Positions 46,914 to 56,703 of a stretch of DNA of 64,000 bases are shown here, piece after piece; the stretch's first letter is position 1; every line of letters starts with the position of its first letter. Origin of the DNA: a virus. The notes below the pieces were generated by a model, which worked only from the letters and a program-made list of their open reading frames with translations, did no database searches and was not told where the DNA came from. The translations under genes were made by a program, and so were the position numbers. The DNA lies in IMG/VR virus record IMGVR_UViG_3300045988_181003, positions 336,902 through 400,901 of that record; one strand, written 5' to 3'.

Positions 46914-48874
46914 GATTTTATATTTAATAATTTATATCCATCTCTTACTCCATCTGAAGTAGTTATTTTCGTCTTCTTAACTTCATAATATTCTTCTAAA
47001 TCTTTTGCTTTTGGGGTTTTTGATAGTCCTAAAGTAGTATATATTTCTCTTAATTTTTCTTTTATTTCCTTGAGAGTATATTTCTGCGAAACCTGAAAAC
47101 TAACTAGAATAGATTCTTTTATTGTATTTCCTGATATAATTATTTTATATTCTCTTTCCAATTCAGCCTGATAATATCTTAATGTTTTTATTCTATCAGG
47201 ACCTAAGAGATTCATATAATTTTGATATTCTTGTGGAACACCCTGTATGTTAGTAGTTCCAAGGATATTATAAAATTTCTTAATAAAATCACAATATAGT
47301 CTCATTCTTCTTTCAAAATTATTATCTATTCCAAAATCTTGAAGAAATATTTGATATTCAAGATTCAAATCTATTTCAAATTGATTTTCTATTTGATCTA
47401 AATTATAATTTTCATATAATTCATTGTACAATGATATATCATCTTTATAAGTCGATGATTGTAGTTCAAAAGCTCTTCGTTCAGATAATCTTACTAATTT
47501 ATTTTCTACTGGTTGACCTGTTTTTTCATCTATTCCTGTATAATCATTAAGATATTTTAATACTTTCGCTTTTAGTCTTAAATTAGTAATAACGCTTATT
47601 TTTCCTTCAGAATCATGAATATTGTTATTCCAAGAAATTAAATCTCTATTTGTATTAATCAATTTTTCTTTTTCTAATTCATGAAATTTATCCATAGTCA
47701 CTTCTTTATCAGATAATGAGTATAATAGTAAAGCATCATATTTAAATACATTCTCATCTAATCTTTGTCTTCCCATTATTTGTGGGAGATCCATTCTAAT
47801 ATCTACCGATAATGATGATATATTGCAATCACTTACTATTATAGTACTTGCGTTAGTGCTATAGAAATCAGCTCCGGAATACACAGTACGGGTGCAGAAA
47901 GTGAACATTTTATGAGGATCACCCTTGAGAGGAGCTGTCCCTACGATATGACCTAGTTTTCTTAATTTATCTATATTTTTTCTATCTCTAGAACAGATTA
48001 TATTAGTTTCACCTGGTTGTAGATTATTCTTTTTTATAATCGAACAAATCATTTTTACAGAGTTAACGTAGAATACTACTTCTTTTGATTCATATATACT
48101 ACCACCTTCTAATACTTTTCTTGGGAAGATACCATTTCGATAATTATTTATTATATTGGATATTTCTTTATAAGGTGAAATTACTTTTTTCCTAACAACA
48201 TCTGCTTTTATTATTTTACTAGGATCCCATACAAATTCATAATAAGGTAAATTTTTAAATTCATCTAATTCATTAAGATAATTATCAAGCATAGGAGTAG
48301 CACTTAAATATGTTACATTAGGGCAATCTTGGAGGTATCTTAGAAAATTCATTTCAATGTCAGCTTTAAATCTAGAATCAATGAAAATATTTTGAAATTC
48401 ATCTACGATAATGGAAAAATTAGTTATAGTAGATCCTAAAGTATCTAAAACATGTTTAAGAGAATCATATGTTACTAGAATTTTTGGGGTTTTTTGGGAG
48501 AGCTGACAGGATAATAGATATTGAGATAAATTATTTTTTATTGTATATATCTCTTCCAGATTAGAAATTTTATGATCTGATAAATCTGGTTTAGATTTAA
48601 AATTTTCAATATCCTGATCAATGCCAATATTTTTTTCACCTGAATTTACAACCAAATATGTTTCTGGTAATTGGGAGTATTTATTTTCTAATAGAAACTT
48701 ACGAGGACTACATAAGATAGTTGGAATAGGATTCGTTAAACAATAATGAGTAAAACCACAACCAGTTAAAGTTTTATTGATTATTGAATGATTTTTAAGC
48801 AAAGATATATCAAAACTCCCCCATTCACTGATATATCTTATTTCTGTAGGTACATTAATTAATACTTTATTCAT
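46910..48874 (-). CDS. SF2 helicase-like protein
   Basis: motif II IVDEFQ, motif III SAT (YLSATPM), motif VI QIMGRQRL; degenerate motif I (TGCGFT, no Lys). Confidence 0.45.
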   Translation of the reverse strand: MNKVLINVPTEIRYISEWGSFDISLLKNHSIINKTLTGCGFTHYCLTNPIPTILCSPRKFLLENKYSQLPETYLVVNSGEKNIGIDQDIENFKSKPDLSDHKISNLEEIYTIKNNLSQYLLSCQLSQKTPKILVTYDSLKHVLDTLGSTITNFSIIVDEFQNIFIDSRFKADIEMNFLRYLQDCPNVTYLSATPMLDNYLNELDEFKNLPYYEFVWDPSKIIKADVVRKKVISPYKEISNIINNYRNGIFPRKVLEGGSIYESKEVVFYVNSVKMICSIIKKNNLQPGETNIICSRDRKNIDKLRKLGHIVGTAPLKGDPHKMFTFCTRTVYSGADFYSTNASTIIVSDCNISSLSVDIRMDLPQIMGRQRLDENVFKYDALLLYSLSDKEVTMDKFHELEKEKLINTNRDLISWNNNIHDSEGKISVITNLRLKAKVLKYLNDYTGIDEKTGQPVENKLVRLSERRAFELQSSTYKDDISLYNELYENYNLDQIENQFEIDLNLEYQIFLQDFGIDNNFERRMRLYCDFIKKFYNILGTTNIQGVPQEYQNYMNLLGPDRIKTLRYYQAELEREYKIIISGNTIKESILVSFQVSQKYTLKEIKEKLREIYTTLGLSKTPKAKDLEEYYEVKKTKITTSDGVRDGYKLLNIKS

Positions 48875-49351
48875 ATATTATTATTTAGTTTATATTAAAA
48901 AGAAATAAACTTACAATTACTTTCTTATTTTTAAGTTTTAGTAAATTGTAAGTTTTATATAATATTAAATAAGGAGGATTCAAAAATATAGTCTTCCTTT
49001 TATTCATATCTTAGGTTATTAAAGGATATAAGGAGAGTTTTATCGATTTTTATATGAGGAAATTACTATGTTTTAATATAATGTATATATTTTCGATTTT
49101 TTAAAGAGTTGCCCACCACTCCAAAAGCTTCTCGGTCGTCCCTCCCTCTTGCTTTTCGCCCAACTCTTTATTTATCAGTACTTGCTAAATTATAAAATAA
49201 TATATGACAGGTTTACCTGGAAAAAGGATGGGGAGTGAATTTTTGAGGAATGAAATGACGAAAAAAGAGAGGTGGGTTTGGCCATCCTTATGGAGAATAT
49301 ATTATTAATACAGATTCCAGTTAACTTATATCTTTCTTGTATCCACTAGGA

Positions 49352-49380
49352 CAAATAAAAACCAGGGCAAATTGCCCTGG
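49352..49380 (-). terminator. rho-independent terminator (second of a tandem pair)
   Basis: perfect hairpin ccagggcaaATTgccctgg followed on minus strand by TTTTTATTT. Confidence 0.6.
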
Positions 49381-49465
49381 GAAAATATTCGTAATGGACA
49401 TGATAAAATGTTTCACAACATCTTCTTATCCTCATACTTAAGAATTTCACTGCTTTTTAAAAGAG

Positions 49466-49491
49466 AAAAATAGAAAAAGGGCTACACGCCC
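49466..49491 (-). terminator. rho-independent terminator overlapping stop codon of 92-aa gene
   Basis: gggcgtgtagccc hairpin followed by TTTTTCTATTTTT on minus strand. Confidence 0.6.
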
Positions 49492-49760
49492 TTCCCCTTT
49501 ACCGAGTTAATGATTACTCTAATGCTTTTTGCAGCCTCATCGGCTATTTTCTTGTTATCTACAGTATGTCTAATCCACCATACTCCAGGAATTCCTGGAT
49601 CTAGTATTTTATTAGCAAAACTGTCGGAAACTAGTATTCTGTTTATATCATTAACAATTATATCTGCAATTTCTTCAGTAGTTTTCAGTTTAAAAATAAC
49701 CAAAATTCTACCTGTTCTTAATTTAACTGCTGTTTCTTCTACTAAATTTAAATTTTCCAT
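49482..49760 (-). CDS. hypothetical protein
   Basis: 92-codon ORF bracketed by conserved upstream motif and its own terminator. Confidence 0.4.
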   Translation of the reverse strand: MENLNLVEETAVKLRTGRILVIFKLKTTEEIADIIVNDINRILVSDSFANKILDPGIPGVWWIRHTVDNKKIADEAAKSIRVIINSVKGKGV

Positions 49761-49887
49761 AATTTGTTATTTTATTTTTTGTTAATATGTCTAAGGTTTC
49801 TGTGATCTCTCACAAAAAGAAAATAGGAAATACTAGAATTTCTTCTGTACTTCCTTTAGATAATAACTAGGTGTTATTATTTATTTT

Positions 49888-49928
49888 CTTTCATATATTA
49901 GGGTTTGAGGTGTTCTCAGACTAGAATT
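49888..49928. promoter_or_regulatory. conserved intergenic element, copy B
   Basis: TTAGGGTTTGAGG, stem tgag/ctca, ...TTTTTAATTTCC; same position relative to flanking minus-strand genes as copy A. Confidence 0.4.
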
Positions 49929-49951
49929 TTTAATTTCCCTGTTTCCATATT

Positions 49952-50743
49952 TTAATCAATTAATTTCATTTCCTTTAATATTTCGACTAAGATTTTCTCA
50001 AACTTATTTATATGAATTTTTCCTTTTGTAATATTCTTATAATGTTCGCCACTACTCAGTGTTAATACAGCAACTCTTATAATATATCCTTTATGGTTTT
50101 TTATGATATAATTTGGTCGAAGATAGAAATAATCTATATATCCTGAATCTACTATGTCGACATCAAATTTATGTCCCTTTGCTGTTATAGAGAATCTAAT
50201 GGTTAATCGACCAGTATTTGAATAGAAGGTGAATAAGTTTATAGAAATTTGATATTTCCAAAACATCCAAGCAACATTTCTGCCCAGATCAGATAAAACT
50301 GTATTGGTCGATAATGATACATTGTTTAGTTGTATCTTTTCCTCTGAAGTAAATAATTCATATTCTTCCATAGCTGAGTATATGTTAACCGTTTTTGGAA
50401 AAGAATATATGCCTTTTGGATTATACAAAAGATCTAATAATTCAGTATTATTTATGTCAATTGAGGAATTATTATCATAGGTTGATATAATATAATTAAG
50501 TGTTTTGTGTTTATCAAGAACTTCTGTTATTATCCAATCTAATGGGATATCATCAATCCTTTCACAGATTAAAAAACATTTTCCTTCTAACTTCAACACA
50601 TACGGTTCAGTCCTAATAGTATAAATATTATCTTTACTTAAGTCAATATCAATTAAGTCAGGAGAATTACAAATAAGTATATCACCCACCCGATAGTCTT
50701 GTGGAAGTACTTTTATTTCATTTACTACTCTTATCATATCCAA
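49952..50743 (-). CDS. hypothetical protein
   Basis: 263-codon ORF. Confidence 0.45.
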   Translation of the reverse strand: MDMIRVVNEIKVLPQDYRVGDILICNSPDLIDIDLSKDNIYTIRTEPYVLKLEGKCFLICERIDDIPLDWIITEVLDKHKTLNYIISTYDNNSSIDINNTELLDLLYNPKGIYSFPKTVNIYSAMEEYELFTSEEKIQLNNVSLSTNTVLSDLGRNVAWMFWKYQISINLFTFYSNTGRLTIRFSITAKGHKFDVDIVDSGYIDYFYLRPNYIIKNHKGYIIRVAVLTLSSGEHYKNITKGKIHINKFEKILVEILKEMKLID

Positions 50744-51494
50744 TTATTTTTAAAGCTTTCTCCAGTAGATCAGGTAATTTCTCATAATCTACTTTATTAT
50801 AGTAAAAATATCCTTTACCATATTTGGGACCACAGAAGCGACGAGAAGAGATAAATTTGTATTTATCATTTCCAAATTCCATCGAAATTGAATTTTCATA
50901 AACTTTTAATACTAAAAAGCCAATCCTCCCCCAAGATATTTCAATATTTCTTAAAGTCCCTATCATTTGTAAGTCAATTGAATAAAGTTTGGGAGCCTTA
51001 TAATTTTCAAGAAGATTTAGAATGTTGATAATTTTGTTGTTATATTTTATCATCCAGCCAGAATTTTGACAACTATCTGGAATATTGTGTAGCAAATTAT
51101 TTCTGTGTTCTAATGTAATTCCTATCTCAGGAATGAGATATATACAAAATGAATAATGCATCAAGGAAAAGTTATCATTAAAGTTAAGTTTATTAAATAA
51201 ATAAACTTCTGGATAAAATTTTTCTACTACTGGGGAAATTTTCTTTTTATCTCCTTCTAAAGTAATAAGAATATCTAATTCATCAATTTTAAGATCAATC
51301 ACTTCTTGTTCCGTAATGATATTAAATTTTGGAAGAATTAGTATAGTTCCTGCTGTTGTATCTTTGAGAAGAATTGGATATTTGTCATCCATCACAATCA
51401 CTCTCTTATCAGGTGGACCTTTATATTCCAAACAAATTGTATAATCAAATTTTATTTCTCGCCGTGTACTAAGTTTATTAATAATTTGTATCAT
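50718..51494 (-). CDS. hypothetical protein
   Basis: 258-codon ORF. Confidence 0.45.
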   Translation of the reverse strand: MIQIINKLSTRREIKFDYTICLEYKGPPDKRVIVMDDKYPILLKDTTAGTILILPKFNIITEQEVIDLKIDELDILITLEGDKKKISPVVEKFYPEVYLFNKLNFNDNFSLMHYSFCIYLIPEIGITLEHRNNLLHNIPDSCQNSGWMIKYNNKIINILNLLENYKAPKLYSIDLQMIGTLRNIEISWGRIGFLVLKVYENSISMEFGNDKYKFISSRRFCGPKYGKGYFYYNKVDYEKLPDLLEKALKIIGYDKSSK

Positions 51495-52333
51495 AATATA
51501 CTATCTACATCTTTAATTAATACTGGTAGTGCTTTTGATATATCAGTGTATATCTCACTAAAAAACTTTCCTTTGAGAGGATGAAATTTTCTATGTTTAA
51601 TCTCCCAAGATATCTTTTGATCATACACTTCAAATGTTAATTCCCCTTTTCCTATAAAATTTATTACTAAGGTACAATCGTCTCCAACTGATGTGACTCT
51701 GAAGGGAGTTTTAATATTTTTCCTGATTGTGTCTAAAATCTTGGCTGCCTCCTTAGCGAATATTCCGTTATCTAGATTATTTAGGAAATAATTTTCACCA
51801 TAATATTCAGCCAGGATATAAGATCTAATAGTAATTTTAGGGGACATTGAATGTCTTTTTCCACCAGCTGCTTCATGAATAGTTCTAACTCTATTAATTA
51901 CTTGATTATATTTCCCTACTCTTTCTTCAGATGGATATATTATATCAAAAATATTTAATTTAAGATACATATTTTGGAGTTCATCAAAAAATATACCGAG
52001 TGTTTCTCTGTGAAATACCATATAAGGATCAAAGTTTACTAAGATCGATCGAAATATCATATTTAGATTTCTTAGTTCTTTTATTAATTTGGGGATATCA
52101 TTAAAACTATCTTTCCCCAAAATTACAATTCCTTCTCTATTTTTATTGATAAAAACTAATTTGTCATCAGCTAAATATTCATTACCAGTTAGTTCTCTCC
52201 CTAAAGAATTTTTATCTCCGATATATACTCTAACTTCATCTAACCACATACTATCAGGTATACATTGTCCTGAGGATATACACATTATATCTATATTCCA
52301 TGGTTTTGTTCCAGGTAGTGATATTATTTCCAT
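51491..52333 (-). CDS. hypothetical protein
   Basis: 280-codon ORF. Confidence 0.45.
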   Translation of the reverse strand: MEIISLPGTKPWNIDIMCISSGQCIPDSMWLDEVRVYIGDKNSLGRELTGNEYLADDKLVFINKNREGIVILGKDSFNDIPKLIKELRNLNMIFRSILVNFDPYMVFHRETLGIFFDELQNMYLKLNIFDIIYPSEERVGKYNQVINRVRTIHEAAGGKRHSMSPKITIRSYILAEYYGENYFLNNLDNGIFAKEAAKILDTIRKNIKTPFRVTSVGDDCTLVINFIGKGELTFEVYDQKISWEIKHRKFHPLKGKFFSEIYTDISKALPVLIKDVDSIL

Positions 52334-52335
52334 AA

Positions 52336-53145
52336 TTAAAATCCAATTCTTTTAAGTTGTTTTACTAATGGTTCTAAAAAATTATCAATTGTATAGGGAC
52401 CATAATAATATATTCCCTTAACTACACTAGCATTTTTCGATTTTATAGATTGTATCATAATATTATCTTCATTAGGAACCTTTAGGAAAATTAATCCCTC
52501 ACGTTCAGCTACTAGAGTAAGAGTATCTGTATTTCCCTCTGATATTGTAAACGGATATGATGATACTTTCTGAAATATTCTATCAGCTAAATCTCTTTTA
52601 ATTTTTAACTTTTCTTCGGTTGTTCCAGTATCTCCATTCCAAAAATCTAGCATAGATTTATATTCTTCATAAAGACTAGTGGGAATATATAGTCTATTAC
52701 AACCACTAGTATCATAAGTTACAATAGAACCTTTTATCATATCAGATAGGTAATATGGTCTATGAGAAATTTCATTATAAATCCATCTAGTACAACCAGA
52801 TCTCAGAGAAATTTCCTTAAATAGATTATCACTACCTACTTCTTCTGGAGCCTGTTCTGATACTATATTATAAATTGTACCTGGATAATTTTTTATAATT
52901 TCAATAATCTCCTCCTCTGATGGAGCTGGATTTGGTATTATTAGGGTTCCAAAATTTGTTGGAGTACTTATAATTAGCAATTCTGATGTATCAAAGATAT
53001 TTTCCCCTAGATATTCTTTTGGAACTACTTCAGCATACACTATAGTAGTATCTATAGAATTTTCAAATTCGAACTTAGATTTCTTCTCTATACTTGAAAA
53101 GATTAGATAACTATTACCAGTAATTTTTGGTTTAATTATTTTCAT
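52336..53145 (-). CDS. hypothetical protein
   Basis: 269-codon ORF. Confidence 0.45.
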   Translation of the reverse strand: MKIIKPKITGNSYLIFSSIEKKSKFEFENSIDTTIVYAEVVPKEYLGENIFDTSELLIISTPTNFGTLIIPNPAPSEEEIIEIIKNYPGTIYNIVSEQAPEEVGSDNLFKEISLRSGCTRWIYNEISHRPYYLSDMIKGSIVTYDTSGCNRLYIPTSLYEEYKSMLDFWNGDTGTTEEKLKIKRDLADRIFQKVSSYPFTISEGNTDTLTLVAEREGLIFLKVPNEDNIMIQSIKSKNASVVKGIYYYGPYTIDNFLEPLVKQLKRIGF

Positions 53146-53182
53146 AATTTTCTTTATTTTTCATTCAAATATAAGAGTATCA

Positions 53183-53210
53183 AGAAGAAAAGAAAGAGCC
53201 CAATGGGCTC
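53183..53210 (-). terminator. rho-independent terminator after flotillin gene
   Basis: hairpin gagcccaATGggctc then T-rich run on minus strand. Confidence 0.55.
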
Positions 53211-53230
53211 AATCTAGTCTGGATTTCTCC

Positions 53231-55348
53231 TTATTTTACAGGTGGGAAATTTCCATCTTGTTTTTTCTCGACAGAAGTTTCATCTGTAATTTCCGTTGGT
53301 TTTGGTTCTTCTTTATTTTCCAATTCACCTTGTTGTTTTTTATCCCAGTTTGAGATTTTACTTAATACTCCACTTACACCCGGGATCATACCAGATAAGG
53401 CTGAGAATTTCTGAACTGCTTCAACAGTACCAAGCATAAACTTACCAGCATCTTCCGGACCACCGACAACAGTAACATTACCTGTGTTGACATGTTCGAA
53501 TTTCTTCGCATCAGCTTCAGCAATGTATTTGTACTCATCTTTCATAGTCCATTGAACGATAGCGGTATCTTCCATGCCGGCTTCTTTCAGTGCTACAATG
53601 TTAGCAGTTTCAGCGGCAATACTTTCTTTCTTCACTTTTGCCATAGCCAATTCACCTTCAGCTTCGGCTAGTTTCAATGCTTTGATTCGACCAGCTTCAG
53701 CCGCTGCTTTAATTTTAATAGCTTCTGCATCAGCCTCTGCCTCAGTAATTACTTTAGATTTGTAACCCTCGGCTTCTTTTTTCTTTCGTTCGGCTTCTTT
53801 TTTCGTCGGAATAATCAATTCTGCCTCAAGTTTAGCTTCCTCTGCTTTAGCTTTGGCTTTAGCGATTTCCTCCTCTTTAGTTTGATCAGCTTTACCGATA
53901 GCCTGGGCGGCAAGTGCTTTTGCTTCACCAACTGTTCTCTCTGCTTCAGCCTGTTCTTTTCCAAGTTGAGCATCGGATTTAGCCACTTCAATACCTGCTG
54001 TATTTTCAGTAAGTGTAGCATCTTTCTCTGCTTCAGCGGCTTTCTTACGAGTTTCTGCTTCGTAGAGAGCAATCTTCGCAGCTTTTTCCTGACGAGCTCT
54101 TTCTTTTTCAGCTTCTGACATTTCATTAGCTGATACTTGCCGAGCTTCTGCTTTCTTTTGAGCTTCAGTAATTGATGCCTCACTTGCAAATTTAGCAGAT
54201 TCCTGAGAAGCCTTTGATTCAGCTTGTTTAGCAGCAACCTCTGCATCACGTTTAGCCTGGTGAGTAGCTACTTCGGTATCTCTTTCTGATTCCTGTCTAG
54301 CTATTTCGGCATCGCGCAGACGATTTTGTTCTGCTACTTTTTGAGCTTGTTCGGATTGATTAACCGAAATATCAACTTGTTTTTGTTTTTCAATTTCAGA
54401 AACCTGAACAGCCTCTTGTTTCTCAAGATCAGCAATTTCAATTTCCTTCTGTTTCTCGATATTTCTGATTGCTACGGTCTCTTCTTTTACTTTTTCTGAG
54501 AGTTGTACTTGCTTTTCTTTTTCGATATCTCGCAATTCAACTTCTTTCTCCTTGATAGTAAGCGATGTGACCGTTGATCTTTCTTTATCAATTTCGGCTG
54601 TCTTAATTTCACGAGTCTTCTCGTTTTCAGATACCTGAATTTGACGTTCTCTCTCAATGTCAGATAATTTAATATCTTTATCCTTCTTTTGAGTAGCAAT
54701 ACCGATAGAACCTTCTTTTTCACGAAGTTCAATACCAGTAAGTGCTTCATACTTAGCTTTTGCTTCAGCTTCCTTACCTAGGTTAATGATATAGTTTGCA
54801 GAGTCTTTGATATCACTGATATTGATATTCAATAGGGTTAAACCAAACTTGCGAAGTTCTGTATCAATATTTTCTTTACAAGAACCTAAGAAATTATCAC
54901 GATCTGAGATTAATTGTTCAACTGTCATATCAGCAACAACCAAACGCATTTGACCCCAGATAACATCTTTAATAAGATCTTCTTTGTCATTTTCAGCTAT
55001 CCCTAATAGACGAATCGCAGCATTTTGCATTACTGCCGGATCTTCTGAAATAGCTACAGTTACTACGGTTGGTACATCAACATTAATTTTCTGACTACTA
55101 AGAGCGCCTTTTAGATCACACTGAATCTGCATCGGCTTCATTGACATAATCTTGTAGCCCTGAATGACTGGCCATACGAAAGCAGCTCCACCGTGATAAC
55201 ACTTAGAACTAGATTTTCCGCCAGTCTTACCATAAACTACCAAGACTTCATCAGATCCACACTTTTTGTAACGGCTAAGAATTCCCCAAAGGGTCAAAGC
55301 TACTAGTAGAACAAGTCCACCCGCGAAATAGACAATTGTCATGTCCAT
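53231..55348 (-). CDS. yqiK: flotillin-like SPFH/band-7 protein (YqiK-like) with long E/A/K-rich coiled coil
   Basis: N-terminal TM then SPFH core closely matching bacterial flotillin YqiK (DEVLVVYGKTGG...HGGAAFVWPVIQ...MQNAAIRLLG...IWGQMRLVVADM...DRDNFL...GLTLLNINI.DI). Confidence 0.8.
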   Translation of the reverse strand: MDMTIVYFAGGLVLLVALTLWGILSRYKKCGSDEVLVVYGKTGGKSSSKCYHGGAAFVWPVIQGYKIMSMKPMQIQCDLKGALSSQKINVDVPTVVTVAISEDPAVMQNAAIRLLGIAENDKEDLIKDVIWGQMRLVVADMTVEQLISDRDNFLGSCKENIDTELRKFGLTLLNINISDIKDSANYIINLGKEAEAKAKYEALTGIELREKEGSIGIATQKKDKDIKLSDIERERQIQVSENEKTREIKTAEIDKERSTVTSLTIKEKEVELRDIEKEKQVQLSEKVKEETVAIRNIEKQKEIEIADLEKQEAVQVSEIEKQKQVDISVNQSEQAQKVAEQNRLRDAEIARQESERDTEVATHQAKRDAEVAAKQAESKASQESAKFASEASITEAQKKAEARQVSANEMSEAEKERARQEKAAKIALYEAETRKKAAEAEKDATLTENTAGIEVAKSDAQLGKEQAEAERTVGEAKALAAQAIGKADQTKEEEIAKAKAKAEEAKLEAELIIPTKKEAERKKKEAEGYKSKVITEAEADAEAIKIKAAAEAGRIKALKLAEAEGELAMAKVKKESIAAETANIVALKEAGMEDTAIVQWTMKDEYKYIAEADAKKFEHVNTGNVTVVGGPEDAGKFMLGTVEAVQKFSALSGMIPGVSGVLSKISNWDKKQQGELENKEEPKPTEITDETSVEKKQDGNFPPVK

Positions 55349-55375
55349 ACTTTTAAGTTTTTAATTGTTAGTAAT

Positions 55376-55930
55376 TTAATTAATATAATATTTCCCATCT
55401 ATATAGGAAGTTATTTTTATTTTATATCCAGTTGGATATAATTTTCCAGGAGTAGAACTAGATACTTGTAATTGCCTACTTGCTCCATTAATAACGATTA
55501 CTATTATGTACTCATCGTTTTTCAGTTTCAAATAGATCTCACCATAACGACCTACCAATTCTTCTCCTTTTTCAGGGATTATTTCTTTTCTTAATTTATA
55601 GGCTCCCCAATAAGTTAAATATAATACTACCATAATAAGTGCTCCAATTAAGAAAGCAGCTGCATGAGTATTCCAAGTTGGATTTGCTGCGTGTAGATAC
55701 ATCCACCAAGAATATCCAATTCCAAAATGAATTATACCCTTGAATGAAATAATAGATCCTAGATCAAAATCAGTGTCTGTATCTACATCGGTATCTATAT
55801 CTGAGTCAATCTCTAGATCACCCCAAATAGTAGATAAAAGGAATTGCACTAAGAACCAACCAGTACAAAATATGGCAAGTCCAAGATAAACCATCTGTGG
55901 ACCACCATGTTCGTTAATAAAATCCATCAT
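55376..55930 (-). CDS. NfeD/YqiJ-like membrane protein (flotillin partner)
   Basis: N-terminal TM helices plus C-terminal beta-rich OB-like segment; directly upstream of flotillin as in yqiJK operons. Confidence 0.45.
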   Translation of the reverse strand: MMDFINEHGGPQMVYLGLAIFCTGWFLVQFLLSTIWGDLEIDSDIDTDVDTDTDFDLGSIISFKGIIHFGIGYSWWMYLHAANPTWNTHAAAFLIGALIMVVLYLTYWGAYKLRKEIIPEKGEELVGRYGEIYLKLKNDEYIIVIVINGASRQLQVSSSTPGKLYPTGYKIKITSYIDGKYYIN

Positions 55931-55979
55931 AACAATATATTTTAATTATTTTTAATTTCATCACATATAAGAATTTCAA

Positions 55980-56008
55980 AGGAGAAAATAAAAGGGACAC
56001 GAAGTCCC
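55980..56008 (-). terminator. rho-independent terminator after ligase-like gene
   Basis: hairpin gggacACGAAgtccc then TTTTATTTTCTCC on minus strand. Confidence 0.5.
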
Positions 56009-56013
56009 AAATT

Positions 56014-56703
56014 TTATTTGTTTTCTATAGATCTTTTATACATAACAAAATCACAAGTTTTAATTTTCGTAATTATTCTTTTTCCATTTCTAAATTTTAG
56101 TCCATGAAGTGGTTTTAAGACCAAACCCTCAGCTAGGAAATCCTTTTTCTCTGATATAGTCGAGTAAAATCCCTTCTGTACAAGATCAATGGCTTCTTGA
56201 ATAGTCATATATCCTACTAATGGAACTATCTTTATTCCTAATTTCTTAGCGATATCTTCAAGTGAATCTCGTCTCAACCACCAGTCTCCTATCTTAACAT
56301 CAAATAGTATAAAATCAACATCTTTTGATAGATAATTTCCTCCTTTCCGTATTCCTCTTCCATATCCTTCGCCGTAAATCGATATTGGTGGGATTTCTAA
56401 TGTGTTCTCAATAGAATCTTTAAAACATTCCAAAATTCTATCTAGTGGTAATCTTTCTTTTAATTTTTTAACCAGATCTGAGGGAATATTGGCTGCTTCT
56501 GTTTTCCCGAAGTATGATAATTTAGGAGTAGAGTCACAATATTCTAAGTCAATATGTATATTTTGTCCATCAATTTTCTCAGTACATTCCCACTCTAGGT
56601 CTTTCAGGTATTCAAATTCCGAGTAGGTAAATTCTGATGGGATTATAATATTTTTCTCATCCCTTTTAAATAATGTATCAATTTTTTGATAATCTCTATT
56701 CAT
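56014..56703 (-). CDS. ATP-dependent RNA ligase-like nucleotidyltransferase (Rnl-type)
   Basis: covalent nucleotidyltransferase motif I KIDGQN, motif IV EGLVLKP, motif V lysines (KRIITKIK); size (229 aa) fits stand-alone RNA ligase NTase domain rather than DNA ligase. Confidence 0.5.
   Translation of the reverse strand: MNRDYQKIDTLFKRDEKNIIIPSEFTYSEFEYLKDLEWECTEKIDGQNIHIDLEYCDSTPKLSYFGKTEAANIPSDLVKKLKERLPLDRILECFKDSIENTLEIPPISIYGEGYGRGIRKGGNYLSKDVDFILFDVKIGDWWLRRDSLEDIAKKLGIKIVPLVGYMTIQEAIDLVQKGFYSTISEKKDFLAEGLVLKPLHGLKFRNGKRIITKIKTCDFVMYKRSIENK

Noticed and set aside
53815-54249. 144-aa basic K/L/R-rich ORF on the minus strand, together with 53574..53765 (+), 53882..54118 (+) and 54487..54750 (-), inside the flotillin gene
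   Set aside because: These are alternative-frame or antisense readings of the flotillin's low-complexity GAA/GCT/AAG-rich coiled-coil segment. They are wholly nested in a much longer, strongly homologous ORF.
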